The position numbers and the translations under genes were made by a program. Below are positions 54,696-64,000 of a stretch of 64,000 nt of DNA, in pieces (the first letter of the stretch is position 1; each line of letters opens with the position of its first letter). This DNA comes from an uncultured Candidatus Rokubacteria bacterium (lineage in GTDB: Bacteria > Methylomirabilota > Methylomirabilia > Rokubacteriales > CSP1-6): positions 1,120,001 through 1,184,000 of the forward strand of contig CAVXJS010000021.1 in assembly GCA_963762145.1 (NCBI GenBank), in the 5' to 3' direction. Below the pieces are notes generated by a model. The model had not been told where the DNA came from and did no database searches. It saw nothing but the letters and a program-made list of their open reading frames with translations.

Positions 54696-57326
54696 TCAAT
54701 CCTTTCGCGACGTTGTCGTCGATGGCGGCCCGGCCTGGGCCGCGGCGGTGGGGTCCCCGAGCCTCATTGTGGTGAAGCGGCCCCAGGCCTTGACGGCCTC
54801 CAGCAGGGCCACGGGCCACAGCACGCCCAGCGCCAGAACGAGCCAGTCGGCGCCGGTGAGGGACTTGGTGCCGAGCAGGCGGGCCAGTGGCGCCCATGTG
54901 ATCGCGAGCCACTGGAGCGCGAAGAGGGCCGCCAGCGACAGCGGGATCCATGGATTGGGCCGAAGCTGCCACCAGTTGAGCCGCTCCGACCGACAGCTCA
55001 TGGCCTGGAACGGATGGATCAGCACCAGCGCCATGAAGGCCATGGTGCTGGCCGACGCCCCTGGACCATCCCGCCAGACCGTCCAGAAATAGATGCTGAG
55101 CACCCCGGCCGCCAGCAGTGCGCCCTCGCCAAGGATGCGCGCGCCTGACTGCCAAGTGACCAGCGCCTCGGCGGGATCGCGAGGGCGGCGCCGCATGGCA
55201 TCGTCGTCCGCCGGATCCCGGATCAGGGCGGTCGCGGGCAGGATGTCGGTGACCAGGTTCACCCAGAGGATCTGCAGGGGCAGGAGCGGCGTGGGATAGC
55301 CGAGCAGGATGGCCACGAAGATGGTGAGGATCTCGGAGAGATTGCATGAGAAGAGGAAGCGGATGACCTTCCGGAGATTGGCGTAGATCACGCGGCCTTC
55401 CCGCACCGCCTCGACGATGGTCGCGAAGTTGTCGTCGAGAAGCACCAGATCGGCCGACTCTCGTGCCACGTCGGTGCCGCGCCGGCCCATCGCCACCCCG
55501 ATATCCGCGCGGACGAGCGCCGGCGCATCGTTGACGCCGTCCCCGGTCATGGCCACGATCTCACCCCGAGCCTGCAGCTCAGCCACCAGCTCGAGCTTGC
55601 CCTCCGGACTGACCCGGCTCCGGATCGCCTCCGGCTCGAGGCCGAGCTGACGCCCCACCGTCAGGGCAGTGAGCTCCTGGTCGCCGGTGAGCATGATTGT
55701 TCGGATGCCGGCCTCTCGACAGGCCGCGATGGCGTCCGCCACCCCCGAACGCACCGGATCCACGAATCCGACGAGGCCGAGGAACGTGAGCTCCTCCACG
55801 GTCGCGTCCTCGATCGACGGGACCGAGCGCCACGCGAACGCAAGCACGCGAAAGCCCTCGCGAGCCAGGTCCCGGTTTTCCTCGAGCAGGCGAACCCGAT
55901 CCTCGTCGGTCAGCGCGACCGGGCCCGCGGCCGTGTGATAACGCGTTACCCGCTCCACGATCACGCCGGGGGCGCCCTTGGCCAGGAGCACCGGCCCGGC
56001 GCCCGGCATCACATGGAAGGTCGCCATCATACGCGTCGCCGGGTCGAACGGGATCTCGCGGTGACGGGGCCAGGCCCGTGCCAGGTCGGCCGGATCGAGC
56101 CCAGCCTTGCCCGCTGCCACCAGCAGGGCCGACTCGGTCGGATCGCCAAGGAGATGAAGCCCGTCGGGCGCGGCCCGGAGGCTCGCGTCGTTGCACAACG
56201 CCGCCGCGGTGAGCAGCAGCGCGAGATGCGGATCGCCGAGCGGGGTGACGACGCGGCCGGCTTCGTCCGCGAAGCTTCCCGCGGTCGAGCGTCCGCCCCC
56301 GCTCACCGTGATTCGACGCCCGCCGAACCGGAGCGCGGTCACCGTCATCTGGTTCTCGGTCATGGTGCCGGTCTTGTCCGCGCAGATCACGGTGGCCGAT
56401 CCCAGCGTCTCCACCGCGGCCAGCCGACGGACGAGTGCGCCGCGGCGCGCGAGGCGCCAGAGGCCGGTGGCGAGCGCGAGCGAGACCACCGCCGGCAGCC
56501 CCTCGGGCACGGCGGCGACGGCCAGGCTTATCGCGGTCTCGAGCATCAACCCCACCGGCTCCCCGTGCAGGATGCCGGCCATGCCCACGACCGCGCAGAT
56601 CCCGACCGCCAGCACGATCAGTCGCCGGCCCAGTGACTCCACCTGACCCTCGAGCGGCGTCGCACGCGAGCCGGCGGACGCCACCAGCCGACCGATCCGC
56701 CCGAGCTCCGTTGCGGGCCCGGTGGCGGTAACGAGGGCGACCGCGCTGCCGGACAGGATCGTGGTGCCGAGGTAGAGCATGTTCGCGCGCTCGGCCAGCG
56801 GGGTATCGGGCCCCGACGGCGCGGCGGCGTCCTTCCAGACGGCCGCGCTCTCGCCGGTCAGAGTGGATTCGTTCACCTGCAAGGCCGCGGCCCGCAGCAG
56901 CCGTGCGTCCGCGGGCACCGCCGTCCCGGCATCCAGGATGAGCACATCCCCGGGCACGAGCTCCGCGGTAGCGATCCGGGTCACGTACCCGTCGCGCCGG
57001 ACCACCGCCTGAGACACCACGAGCGCGCGCAGCCTGGCCAGCGACAGCCGGGCGCGCCACTCGGAGCCGAAGCCGATGGCCGCGTTCAGCACGAGCGCGA
57101 CGAGGATCGCCACGGCCTCGGCCCGTTCGCCCAGCGCCCACGCGATGCCGGAGGCGGCGAGCAGCAGCAGGACCACGAGGCTCCGGAACTGGCCGAGTGC
57201 CAGCTGCCACAGCGGCACCTCGGCCTGTTCGGCGACACGATTGGGGCCGAGCTCGCGAAGACGGCGCCGGGCCTCGAGCGTCGTGAGTCCTGCTTCGGCG
57301 GCGGGGGCCGTCGCGGTGTCGCTCAC
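54696..57326 (-). CDS. cation-transporting P2-type ATPase (CtpF/Ca2+-like)
   Basis: LTGES, VPEGLP, CADKTGTMT, TGDGVNDAP, QILWVNLVTD. Confidence 0.93.
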   Translation of the reverse strand: MSDTATAPAAEAGLTTLEARRRLRELGPNRVAEQAEVPLWQLALGQFRSLVVLLLLAASGIAWALGERAEAVAILVALVLNAAIGFGSEWRARLSLARLRALVVSQAVVRRDGYVTRIATAELVPGDVLILDAGTAVPADARLLRAAALQVNESTLTGESAAVWKDAAAPSGPDTPLAERANMLYLGTTILSGSAVALVTATGPATELGRIGRLVASAGSRATPLEGQVESLGRRLIVLAVGICAVVGMAGILHGEPVGLMLETAISLAVAAVPEGLPAVVSLALATGLWRLARRGALVRRLAAVETLGSATVICADKTGTMTENQMTVTALRFGGRRITVSGGGRSTAGSFADEAGRVVTPLGDPHLALLLTAAALCNDASLRAAPDGLHLLGDPTESALLVAAGKAGLDPADLARAWPRHREIPFDPATRMMATFHVMPGAGPVLLAKGAPGVIVERVTRYHTAAGPVALTDEDRVRLLEENRDLAREGFRVLAFAWRSVPSIEDATVEELTFLGLVGFVDPVRSGVADAIAACREAGIRTIMLTGDQELTALTVGRQLGLEPEAIRSRVSPEGKLELVAELQARGEIVAMTGDGVNDAPALVRADIGVAMGRRGTDVARESADLVLLDDNFATIVEAVREGRVIYANLRKVIRFLFSCNLSEILTIFVAILLGYPTPLLPLQILWVNLVTDILPATALIRDPADDDAMRRRPRDPAEALVTWQSGARILGEGALLAAGVLSIYFWTVWRDGPGASASTMAFMALVLIHPFQAMSCRSERLNWWQLRPNPWIPLSLAALFALQWLAITWAPLARLLGTKSLTGADWLVLALGVLWPVALLEAVKAWGRFTTMRLGDPTAAAQAGPPSTTTSRKD
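54749..54785. promoter_or_regulatory. tandem candidate UAS inside the ATPase 3' coding end
   Basis: TGGGG-N8-CCTCA and TGTGG-N8-CCCCA, 19 bp apart. Confidence 0.65.
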
Positions 57327-57343
57327 CGGCGCGACCCGCTACA

Positions 57344-57919
57344 ATGGGCGCGCCGATGGCGGTTTACCCGAATGAGCTCGAGCGCGAGGTCACCTTGCCG
57401 GACGGATCGCGGCTGCACCTGCGTCCGATCCGCCCCGAGGACCAGAATCGGCTGAGCGCGTTCTATGACGGCCTGAGCCGTCATACCGCCTACCAGCGCT
57501 TCTTCGCGGTGATGAAACGCCTCCCGCCGGACTGGGCACACTTCCTCGCCAACGTGGACTACGACCGCCGGCTCGCCCTGCTCGCCGAGCACGGCCTCCC
57601 GGAGGCCCCCGAGCTGGTCGGGGTAGCCCGCTACGAGCCCACCGACCACGCGGACACCGCCGAAATCGCCTTCGTGATCCAGGACGGCTGGCAGAATCGC
57701 GGCCTCGGCACCCTCATGCTCGACGCGCTGCTCGCCGCGGCCGAGGCGCGCGGGATCCGGCGTTTCCGCGCGTACGTGCTGGCCGGCAACGCGCGCATGA
57801 TCGACCTGCTCGTGCGCTTCACGGACATCCAGGAGCGCGTCACGCAGAGCGGCGTCACCGAGCTGCTGCTGACGCGGCGCCCCGTTCCGGCGCCGCGTCA
57901 GGGCGGCAGAACGCCGTAG
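57344..57919 (+). CDS. GNAT acetyltransferase (Pat/acyl-CoA-synthetase-associated type)
   Basis: LRPIRPED, YQRFF, VDYDRRLAL, AEIAFVIQDGWQNRGLG, VLAGNARM. Confidence 0.9.
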   Translation: MGAPMAVYPNELEREVTLPDGSRLHLRPIRPEDQNRLSAFYDGLSRHTAYQRFFAVMKRLPPDWAHFLANVDYDRRLALLAEHGLPEAPELVGVARYEPTDHADTAEIAFVIQDGWQNRGLGTLMLDALLAAAEARGIRRFRAYVLAGNARMIDLLVRFTDIQERVTQSGVTELLLTRRPVPAPRQGGRTP

Positions 57920-57963
57920 AGATACCGGGCCAGCCGGGCTCAACAAGCCCCGGCCAGACACCG

Positions 57964-58422
57964 TCATGGGTACGAGACGATGACCTCCGCGCACTCCGGG
58001 ACGGTCGTCGCCTCGGGCGTGCCGAGCCGGCGGAGGATGTCGATTTCCGTGAGAATGCCGACCATCCGGCCATTCTCCATGGCTGGCAGGCACCCCACCC
58101 GGTGCTTCCGCATGATGTCCGCGGCCGCGCCGACGGTCGCACCAGCCTCGACCGTCACCACGTCGGTGGACATGATCTCCGCGACACGCACCCCGTCGAG
58201 GAGGACGTCCACCGGCGTCAAGCTCAGCACCTCGAATACTCGTGGGGTGAACAGGTGGTGACGTAGATCACGATCTGTGACGATTCCGACCAGCAGCCCG
58301 TCCCGGTTCACCACCGGAAGGTGCCGGACGCGAGCCCGCTGCATGCGCACGACCGCGTCCAGGCACGATTCCCGCGGCCCTATCGTCACCAGCTCGCGGC
58401 TCATCATCTCTTTGACCTGCAT
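57964..58422 (-). CDS. CBS-pair protein
   Basis: VRHLPVV..GIVTDRDLRHHLF; C-terminal PECAEVIVSYP. Confidence 0.92.
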   Translation of the reverse strand: MQVKEMMSRELVTIGPRESCLDAVVRMQRARVRHLPVVNRDGLLVGIVTDRDLRHHLFTPRVFEVLSLTPVDVLLDGVRVAEIMSTDVVTVEAGATVGAAADIMRKHRVGCLPAMENGRMVGILTEIDILRRLGTPEATTVPECAEVIVSYP

Positions 58423-58528
58423 GGCAGCCTCCTGCCGGCTCAGCGCCGGGTTCTCCACCAGACGAGCAGCGCGCCCAGCAGGACGACGACGCCGAGCGCA
58501 ATGACCCAGGTGTCACGAATTGGCTCGA

Positions 58529-58909
58529 TCACGGCGCCCGGGTCCCCGCCCCATCGACGATGGAGCGGATCGCCGCCAGCAGCACCGAGGCCGCGAAGGG
58601 CTTGGCGAGAAACGCGGTGGCACCGGCCGCAAGGGCCGCCCGCCGGGTCTCATCGGACGGATAGCCGGTGACCACCAGGACCGGCACCGGATCGCGCGCG
58701 GCGCAGGCGGCCCGAACCACGTCGAGGCCGTCGCCGTCCGGCAGCCGGAGATCCGAGATGACGAGATGGGGTGGCTCGACCGCCAATGCCGCCAGGCCTG
58801 CGTCGCGGGACGTGGCCGTGACCACTTCATAACCCTGGCGCCCGAGCAGCCGCTCGTAGGTGGTCAGAAAATCGGCCTCATCGTCGACCACCAGCACGCG
58901 CCGGCGCAT
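58529..58909 (-). CDS. single-domain response regulator
   Basis: VLVVDDE, ISDLRLPDGDG, VTG, FLAKPF. Confidence 0.9.
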   Translation of the reverse strand: MRRRVLVVDDEADFLTTYERLLGRQGYEVVTATSRDAGLAALAVEPPHLVISDLRLPDGDGLDVVRAACAARDPVPVLVVTGYPSDETRRAALAAGATAFLAKPFAASVLLAAIRSIVDGAGTRAP

Positions 58910-58914
58910 GGGGT

Positions 58915-60024
58915 TCACGTCGGGATCGTCCGGCCGGCCAGATGCCGGATCATCGAGAGCACCCGCTCCGCGGCGGCGTGCGTGTCGTACACGTCGGTCC
59001 GGATGGCCAGATCGGGCCGCGTCGCCTCTTCGTAATCGAGGACGATGTCGGGGTTGGCGGAGGCCGGACCCGTCGGCTCGAATGTCAGGCCCCAGCGGAC
59101 GGCGCGCTCCCGCTCGAGGCACACCTCGGTCGGGCACAGGAGCTGGATCTCCGCGAAGCAGGGAATCAGGGCGCGGGCCGCTTCGCGCCAGACCCGCCGC
59201 GGAGCCGTCGCGTCCACGATGACCGACACCCCGGCATCGGTCAGGAGCTTGGCGGTGTAAGCGAGCGCGCGGTAGACAAGATCCTGCTCGGCCTCGTCCC
59301 CCGTCACGGCGCCGAGCAGGACGCGCTGCACCGGGCCCAGCTCCAGCAGGCGGACGCGGGCGCCCCGCTCGCGCAGCGCGTCGGCCACCCGCGCGGCGAG
59401 CGTGCTCTTACCGCTGCCTGGCCGCCCGGTGATCCAGATCGCCCAGCTCGGTTCTCGCTCCGCGGCCCGAGCGGAGGCGCCGCCGCTGGCACGGACGAGC
59501 CGGTCGGCCAGGCGCACGACCTGGGCCACGGACTCTCCGACCGTGTGCACGCTGGTGTCGATCAGGAGTTCGGGAGCCAGGGCGGATTCGTAGGCCACGT
59601 CCACTCCCGGCACGGTCGCGCCGGGGCGTCCGGCTTGCTGGTAGATGTTCCGGGGGGCGTGCCCCGGGGCCCGCTCTCGCTCGCGCTCCTGGCAGATCGC
59701 GAGTGGGCAGACGAGCTGCACCTCCGCGAAGTGTGGCACCGCGTCGCGCACGAGGTCACGCCAGACTCGCCGGTGGGCGGTCGCGTCGACGAGGACCGGC
59801 GTGCCGGTCTCGACGAGGAGCGCGGCCATGTAGCCCAGAGCCCGGTAGACGACCTCGCGCTCGCGATCCGTGTATCGCGGAGCGGGGGTGATGCTCTCGC
59901 GGATCTCATCGAGCTCGAGGCGCACGACCGGCCGCCCGAGCGCGCGAAGCTCCGCCTCCACCCCCCGGGCGATCGCCGACTTCCCGCTGCCCGGAGGACC
60001 CGTGATCCAGATGGCCCAGCTCAT
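58915..60024 (-). CDS. tandem double adenylyl-sulfate-kinase-like P-loop kinase
   Basis: WAIWITGPPGSGKS..VDATA and WAIWITGRPGSGKS..VDATA. Confidence 0.85.
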   Translation of the reverse strand: MSWAIWITGPPGSGKSAIARGVEAELRALGRPVVRLELDEIRESITPAPRYTDREREVVYRALGYMAALLVETGTPVLVDATAHRRVWRDLVRDAVPHFAEVQLVCPLAICQERERERAPGHAPRNIYQQAGRPGATVPGVDVAYESALAPELLIDTSVHTVGESVAQVVRLADRLVRASGGASARAAEREPSWAIWITGRPGSGKSTLAARVADALRERGARVRLLELGPVQRVLLGAVTGDEAEQDLVYRALAYTAKLLTDAGVSVIVDATAPRRVWREAARALIPCFAEIQLLCPTEVCLERERAVRWGLTFEPTGPASANPDIVLDYEEATRPDLAIRTDVYDTHAAAERVLSMIRHLAGRTIPT

Positions 60025-61122
60025 GCGACGCCGCCGAGCAGCTCCGGCACGCAGTCCGGAGTGAGGGCGCCGCCAGCCATCACGGACCGCGCGAATCCGA
60101 ACAGCGCTTCGCGAGTCCCGCGGGCCAGCGCGGGGTACCAGCGCGGATGCCCGATGACCAGCGCGCGGAAGGCGAAAAACGGGGGTATCACCTCGAACAG
60201 CTCCTGGTCGTTCGACACGTCGGCGTACTCGTCGAGGAACGCGCGGAAGAGCGTGACGAACGGCTCGGCCACTCCGCGGCGGGTCTCGAGGGCGGCTCTT
60301 CCGGAGCCCGAAGAAAAGATAGTTGATCGCGAGCGCGCTCACGTCGTCGGCCGGCTCGCCCCACTCCCCCCGGCTCCGGTCCAGCGCCGTGAACTCGGTT
60401 CCCTCGCCGAACAGGAGGTTCCACGGGTGAAAATCGCCATGCACGCAGGCCAGCCGATGGGCCCGGCCGCGCAGACGCCAGCGCCAGGAGACCGCGTCGT
60501 GCTCGAGGGCCTCGCAAACGTCCGGCGGCAGCAGCGCATAGGGATGGGGGTAGCTATCGAGGATCCCCATCAGACACTCGCCGTGCCCCACCAGCTCCCG
60601 AATCCGGCGCTCGTATAGGGTGGGTTCGTCCCGCCGGGTGGCGTGGGCGCGCGCGAGAAAGGTGCCGAGGGTCCGCGCCCGGGCGACGTCGAGGGGCCGC
60701 ACCGGCTCCCTCAGGAGGCGATCGAGATCGAGCCAGTAGAGCGCGCCTTCCGCCTTCTCCACGAGCTGGAAGAACTCGGTGGCGTCGCCGACCGAGACCA
60801 TCGCGCCCGACTTCCTCACGAACCCGACGTCCAGACTGCGGACGTGCGCGGGGAAGGTATTGTAGGCGCGGTGGCCGTAGAGCGCCTGCCACGCGCGATC
60901 CTCCGGGTAGTCATGACCGAAGCCCTGCGCGGCCCGGGTGCGCGCCACTACCAGGCTCCGGACGGCGCCGCTCACCACGCATTCCACCTCGAACGGCACC
61001 CCGTACCCGAAACCCTTCGGATCCCGCCCCTCCGCATCGGGCCCGCCCAGCGGACGCAGGCCAAGGATCTCCACCGGCCCTGCGAAGACGGAGGCCAGAT
61101 ACGCGGAGAGGGCGGCTTCCAC
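60021..61122 (-). CDS. aminoglycoside-phosphotransferase-like kinase, frameshift near 60285
   Basis: VHGDFHPWN, LDRSRGEWGEPADD, FFAFRALV. Confidence 0.85.
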
Positions 61123-61126
61123 GCGG

Positions 61127-61573
61127 CTACTTTCCCCTGACGGTGAGGACCGGACAGGGCGACACGGCCAGGACCCGGCTCGCGACGCTTCCGAGGAAGA
61201 GTTTCGCAAAGCCCGTCCGTCCATGCGTGCCGATGACAACCATGTCGGCCTTCCTGGATCGGGCGGTCTGGGCGATGCGCTCGTGCGGCACGCCTTCGAG
61301 CAGCAGCCCCTTGACGCGGACACCCGCCTGCTTGGCCTTCCCGATCAGCGCGGTGAGGTGCTTCTGTCCGTCGGCGCGTGTGGCGTTCGCCATGTCCTCA
61401 TAGACCTGCGGCGAGAGGTAGCCGTCGGCCATCATGGGGATGGCGGGGGTCAGGACGTGGACGAGCAGCAACTCGGCGCGGTTGCCCTTGGCCATCTCCA
61501 CCGCGCGCTTGTAGGCGGCCGACGAGGCCTTGGAGAAGTCCGTGGGGTGCAGGATGCGTCGGATGCGGCTCAT
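61127..61573 (-). CDS. universal stress protein
   Basis: ILHPTDFS, GTHGRTG..LGSVASRV. Confidence 0.93.
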   Translation of the reverse strand: MSRIRRILHPTDFSKASSAAYKRAVEMAKGNRAELLLVHVLTPAIPMMADGYLSPQVYEDMANATRADGQKHLTALIGKAKQAGVRVKGLLLEGVPHERIAQTARSRKADMVVIGTHGRTGFAKLFLGSVASRVLAVSPCPVLTVRGK

Positions 61574-62079
61574 CGCAGGGCCTCCGTTCGGGTAGTGGGT
61601 TGAGTTTTCTCGGCCGGCCGCGCTTCCCCCTGACCGGCGGGGGCCTCCACGGGCGCGCTCGAAGGCCGGACCAGGAGGATCGGCACCCGGGTCCCTCGCA
61701 GGACGGATTCCGCGACGCTGCCGAAGATGATCCGCCCGAGTCCGCTACGGCCATGCGTGCTCATCACGATCAGGTCGACCTTCTGGACCTTGGCCGCCTC
61801 GACGACCGCCGGGGCCGCCGGCCCGTACCAGACGTGCGTCTCGACTCCCTTCGCGCCCGTCTTCTCGAGCCGTGCCTTCACCGCGGCCAGGTAGTCCTCC
61901 GCCTCGCGCACCGCCTGGATCTGGGCGCCGATCACATCGGCCCCGGGCAGGATTCGCGCATCGGCGGCCCGAATCAGGATGAGGGACGAGCCGGCCTGCG
62001 CCATCTCCCGCGCCGGGGCGATTGCGGCCTCGGCCATCTCCGAACCATCGAGCGGAACCAGGATCTTGTTGGCTTTCAT
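61570..62079 (-). CDS. universal stress protein
   Basis: ILVPLDGS, MSTHGRSG..FGSVAESV. Confidence 0.93.
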   Translation of the reverse strand: MKANKILVPLDGSEMAEAAIAPAREMAQAGSSLILIRAADARILPGADVIGAQIQAVREAEDYLAAVKARLEKTGAKGVETHVWYGPAAPAVVEAAKVQKVDLIVMSTHGRSGLGRIIFGSVAESVLRGTRVPILLVRPSSAPVEAPAGQGEARPAEKTQPTTRTEALR

Positions 62080-62103
62080 CGTGTCCTCCTTGGCACGGGG
62101 AAT

Positions 62104-62119
62104 AGCAACGGCGGTGCCA
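62104..62119 (-). promoter_or_regulatory. sigma54 promoter
   Basis: TGGCAC-CGCCG-TTGCT; A-tract plus IHF-like AACCAGAGGGTTG at 62137-62149. Confidence 0.9.
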
Positions 62120-62171
62120 CCGGAGAAAAACAAGAAAACCAGAGGGTTGCAGCGTCGGGCACACCGATAGT

Positions 62172-62208
62172 TGAGGCAGCGCCTCCCCGCTGGGGCAACG
62201 GCGCCCCG
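62172..62208. promoter_or_regulatory. tandem candidate UAS
   Basis: TGAGG-N8-CCCCG and TGGGG-N8-CCCCG, 19 bp apart. Confidence 0.7.
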
Positions 62209-62214
62209 GTGCGG

Positions 62215-63615
<1,401 letters not shown>

Positions 63616-63712
63616 CTGGCTCCCGGAATCATCGCCGAGAACCCTATTCAGATCAAATCCCCTAGAATGCCGCGCTGATGCGGTCGCGCACATCCGGCAG
63701 CCACGCACTCGG

Positions 63713-63751
63713 CGGGGCGCGGCCGCCCCGAACCGAGGTTGCTATGCCCCA
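63713..63751. promoter_or_regulatory. tandem candidate UAS
   Basis: CGGGG-CGCGGCCG-CCCCG and CGAGG-N8-CCCCA, 21 bp apart. Confidence 0.62.
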
Positions 63752-63771
63752 CCGGGCTCACAAGTCCTGTC

Positions 63772-63784
63772 CAATACCCTGATT
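63772..63784. promoter_or_regulatory. IHF site
   Basis: Reverse complement AATCAGGGTATTG matches WATCARNNNNTTR. Confidence 0.65.
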
Positions 63785-63800
63785 TTGCTCTCGTGTATTC

Positions 63801-63816
63801 CGGCACGCTCGGTGCA
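63801..63816 (+). promoter_or_regulatory. sigma54 promoter
   Basis: CGGCAC-GCTCG-GTGCA. Confidence 0.7.
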
Positions 63817-63864
63817 CGGGTCCGGCCCGGCTGCACACAACCACGGCCTTACAGGAGAAACCAC

Positions 63865-64000
63865 ATGAGTATCCCGATCTCGGATCCACCGCGGCACACG
63901 CCGAGGCCTGTTGCGGTATGGATCCTAGGCGTCCTCAGTGCCCTGCACGCGGCGGGAGCGTTCATCTTCGTGACGGCGGCCCGAACTCCAGCCAATGAGC
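63865..64000 (+). CDS. membrane/exported protein, truncated by window edge
   Basis: AGGAG RBS; MSIPISDPPRHTPRPVAVWILGVLSALHAAGAFIFV. Confidence 0.6.
   Translation, partial: MSIPISDPPRHTPRPVAVWILGVLSALHAAGAFIFVTAARTPANE

Noticed and set aside
58915-61323. 802-aa ORF as a natural APH-kinase-kinase fusion
   Set aside because: The APH C-terminus continues in another frame (ORF 60021-60272) and stops overlapping the ATG at 60024, so the fusion results from an indel.

Overview
High-GC bacterial DNA (gene style suggests Methylomirabilota/Rokubacteria-like; this is an unverified impression). Almost the whole 64 kb is one hypoxia/dormancy/stress island. It holds 8 intact universal stress proteins, 8 CBS-pair (AcuB-like) proteins, 4 Hsp20-type chaperones, 2 BON proteins, Lon, a solitary GroEL, HPF, RbbA-YhhJ, DksA/TraR, IHF, Pcm, two P-type ATPases, PpsA, an ADP-forming acyl-CoA synthetase, an L,D-transpeptidase with YcbK, an archaeal-type CDP-archaeol synthase and several small unknown proteins. 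The gene content parallels the mycobacterial DosR regulon. The main discovery is in the intergenic DNA. I read 22 sigma54 (-24/-12) promoters, most paired with an IHF-like site and an 18-bp palindrome YGNGG-N8-YCYCR, often in tandem with about 19-bp periodicity. The island also encodes a GAFTGA-containing NtrC-type activator, a FixL-like PAS histidine kinase and an IHF subunit. Together these look like a self-contained sigma54-wired dormancy regulon; the wiring is inferred from sequence, not tested. Several genes survive only as deletion 'skeletons', and three regions carry clustered single-base frameshifts that are probably sequencing errors. No CRISPR array, rRNA, tRNA or transposase was recognised.
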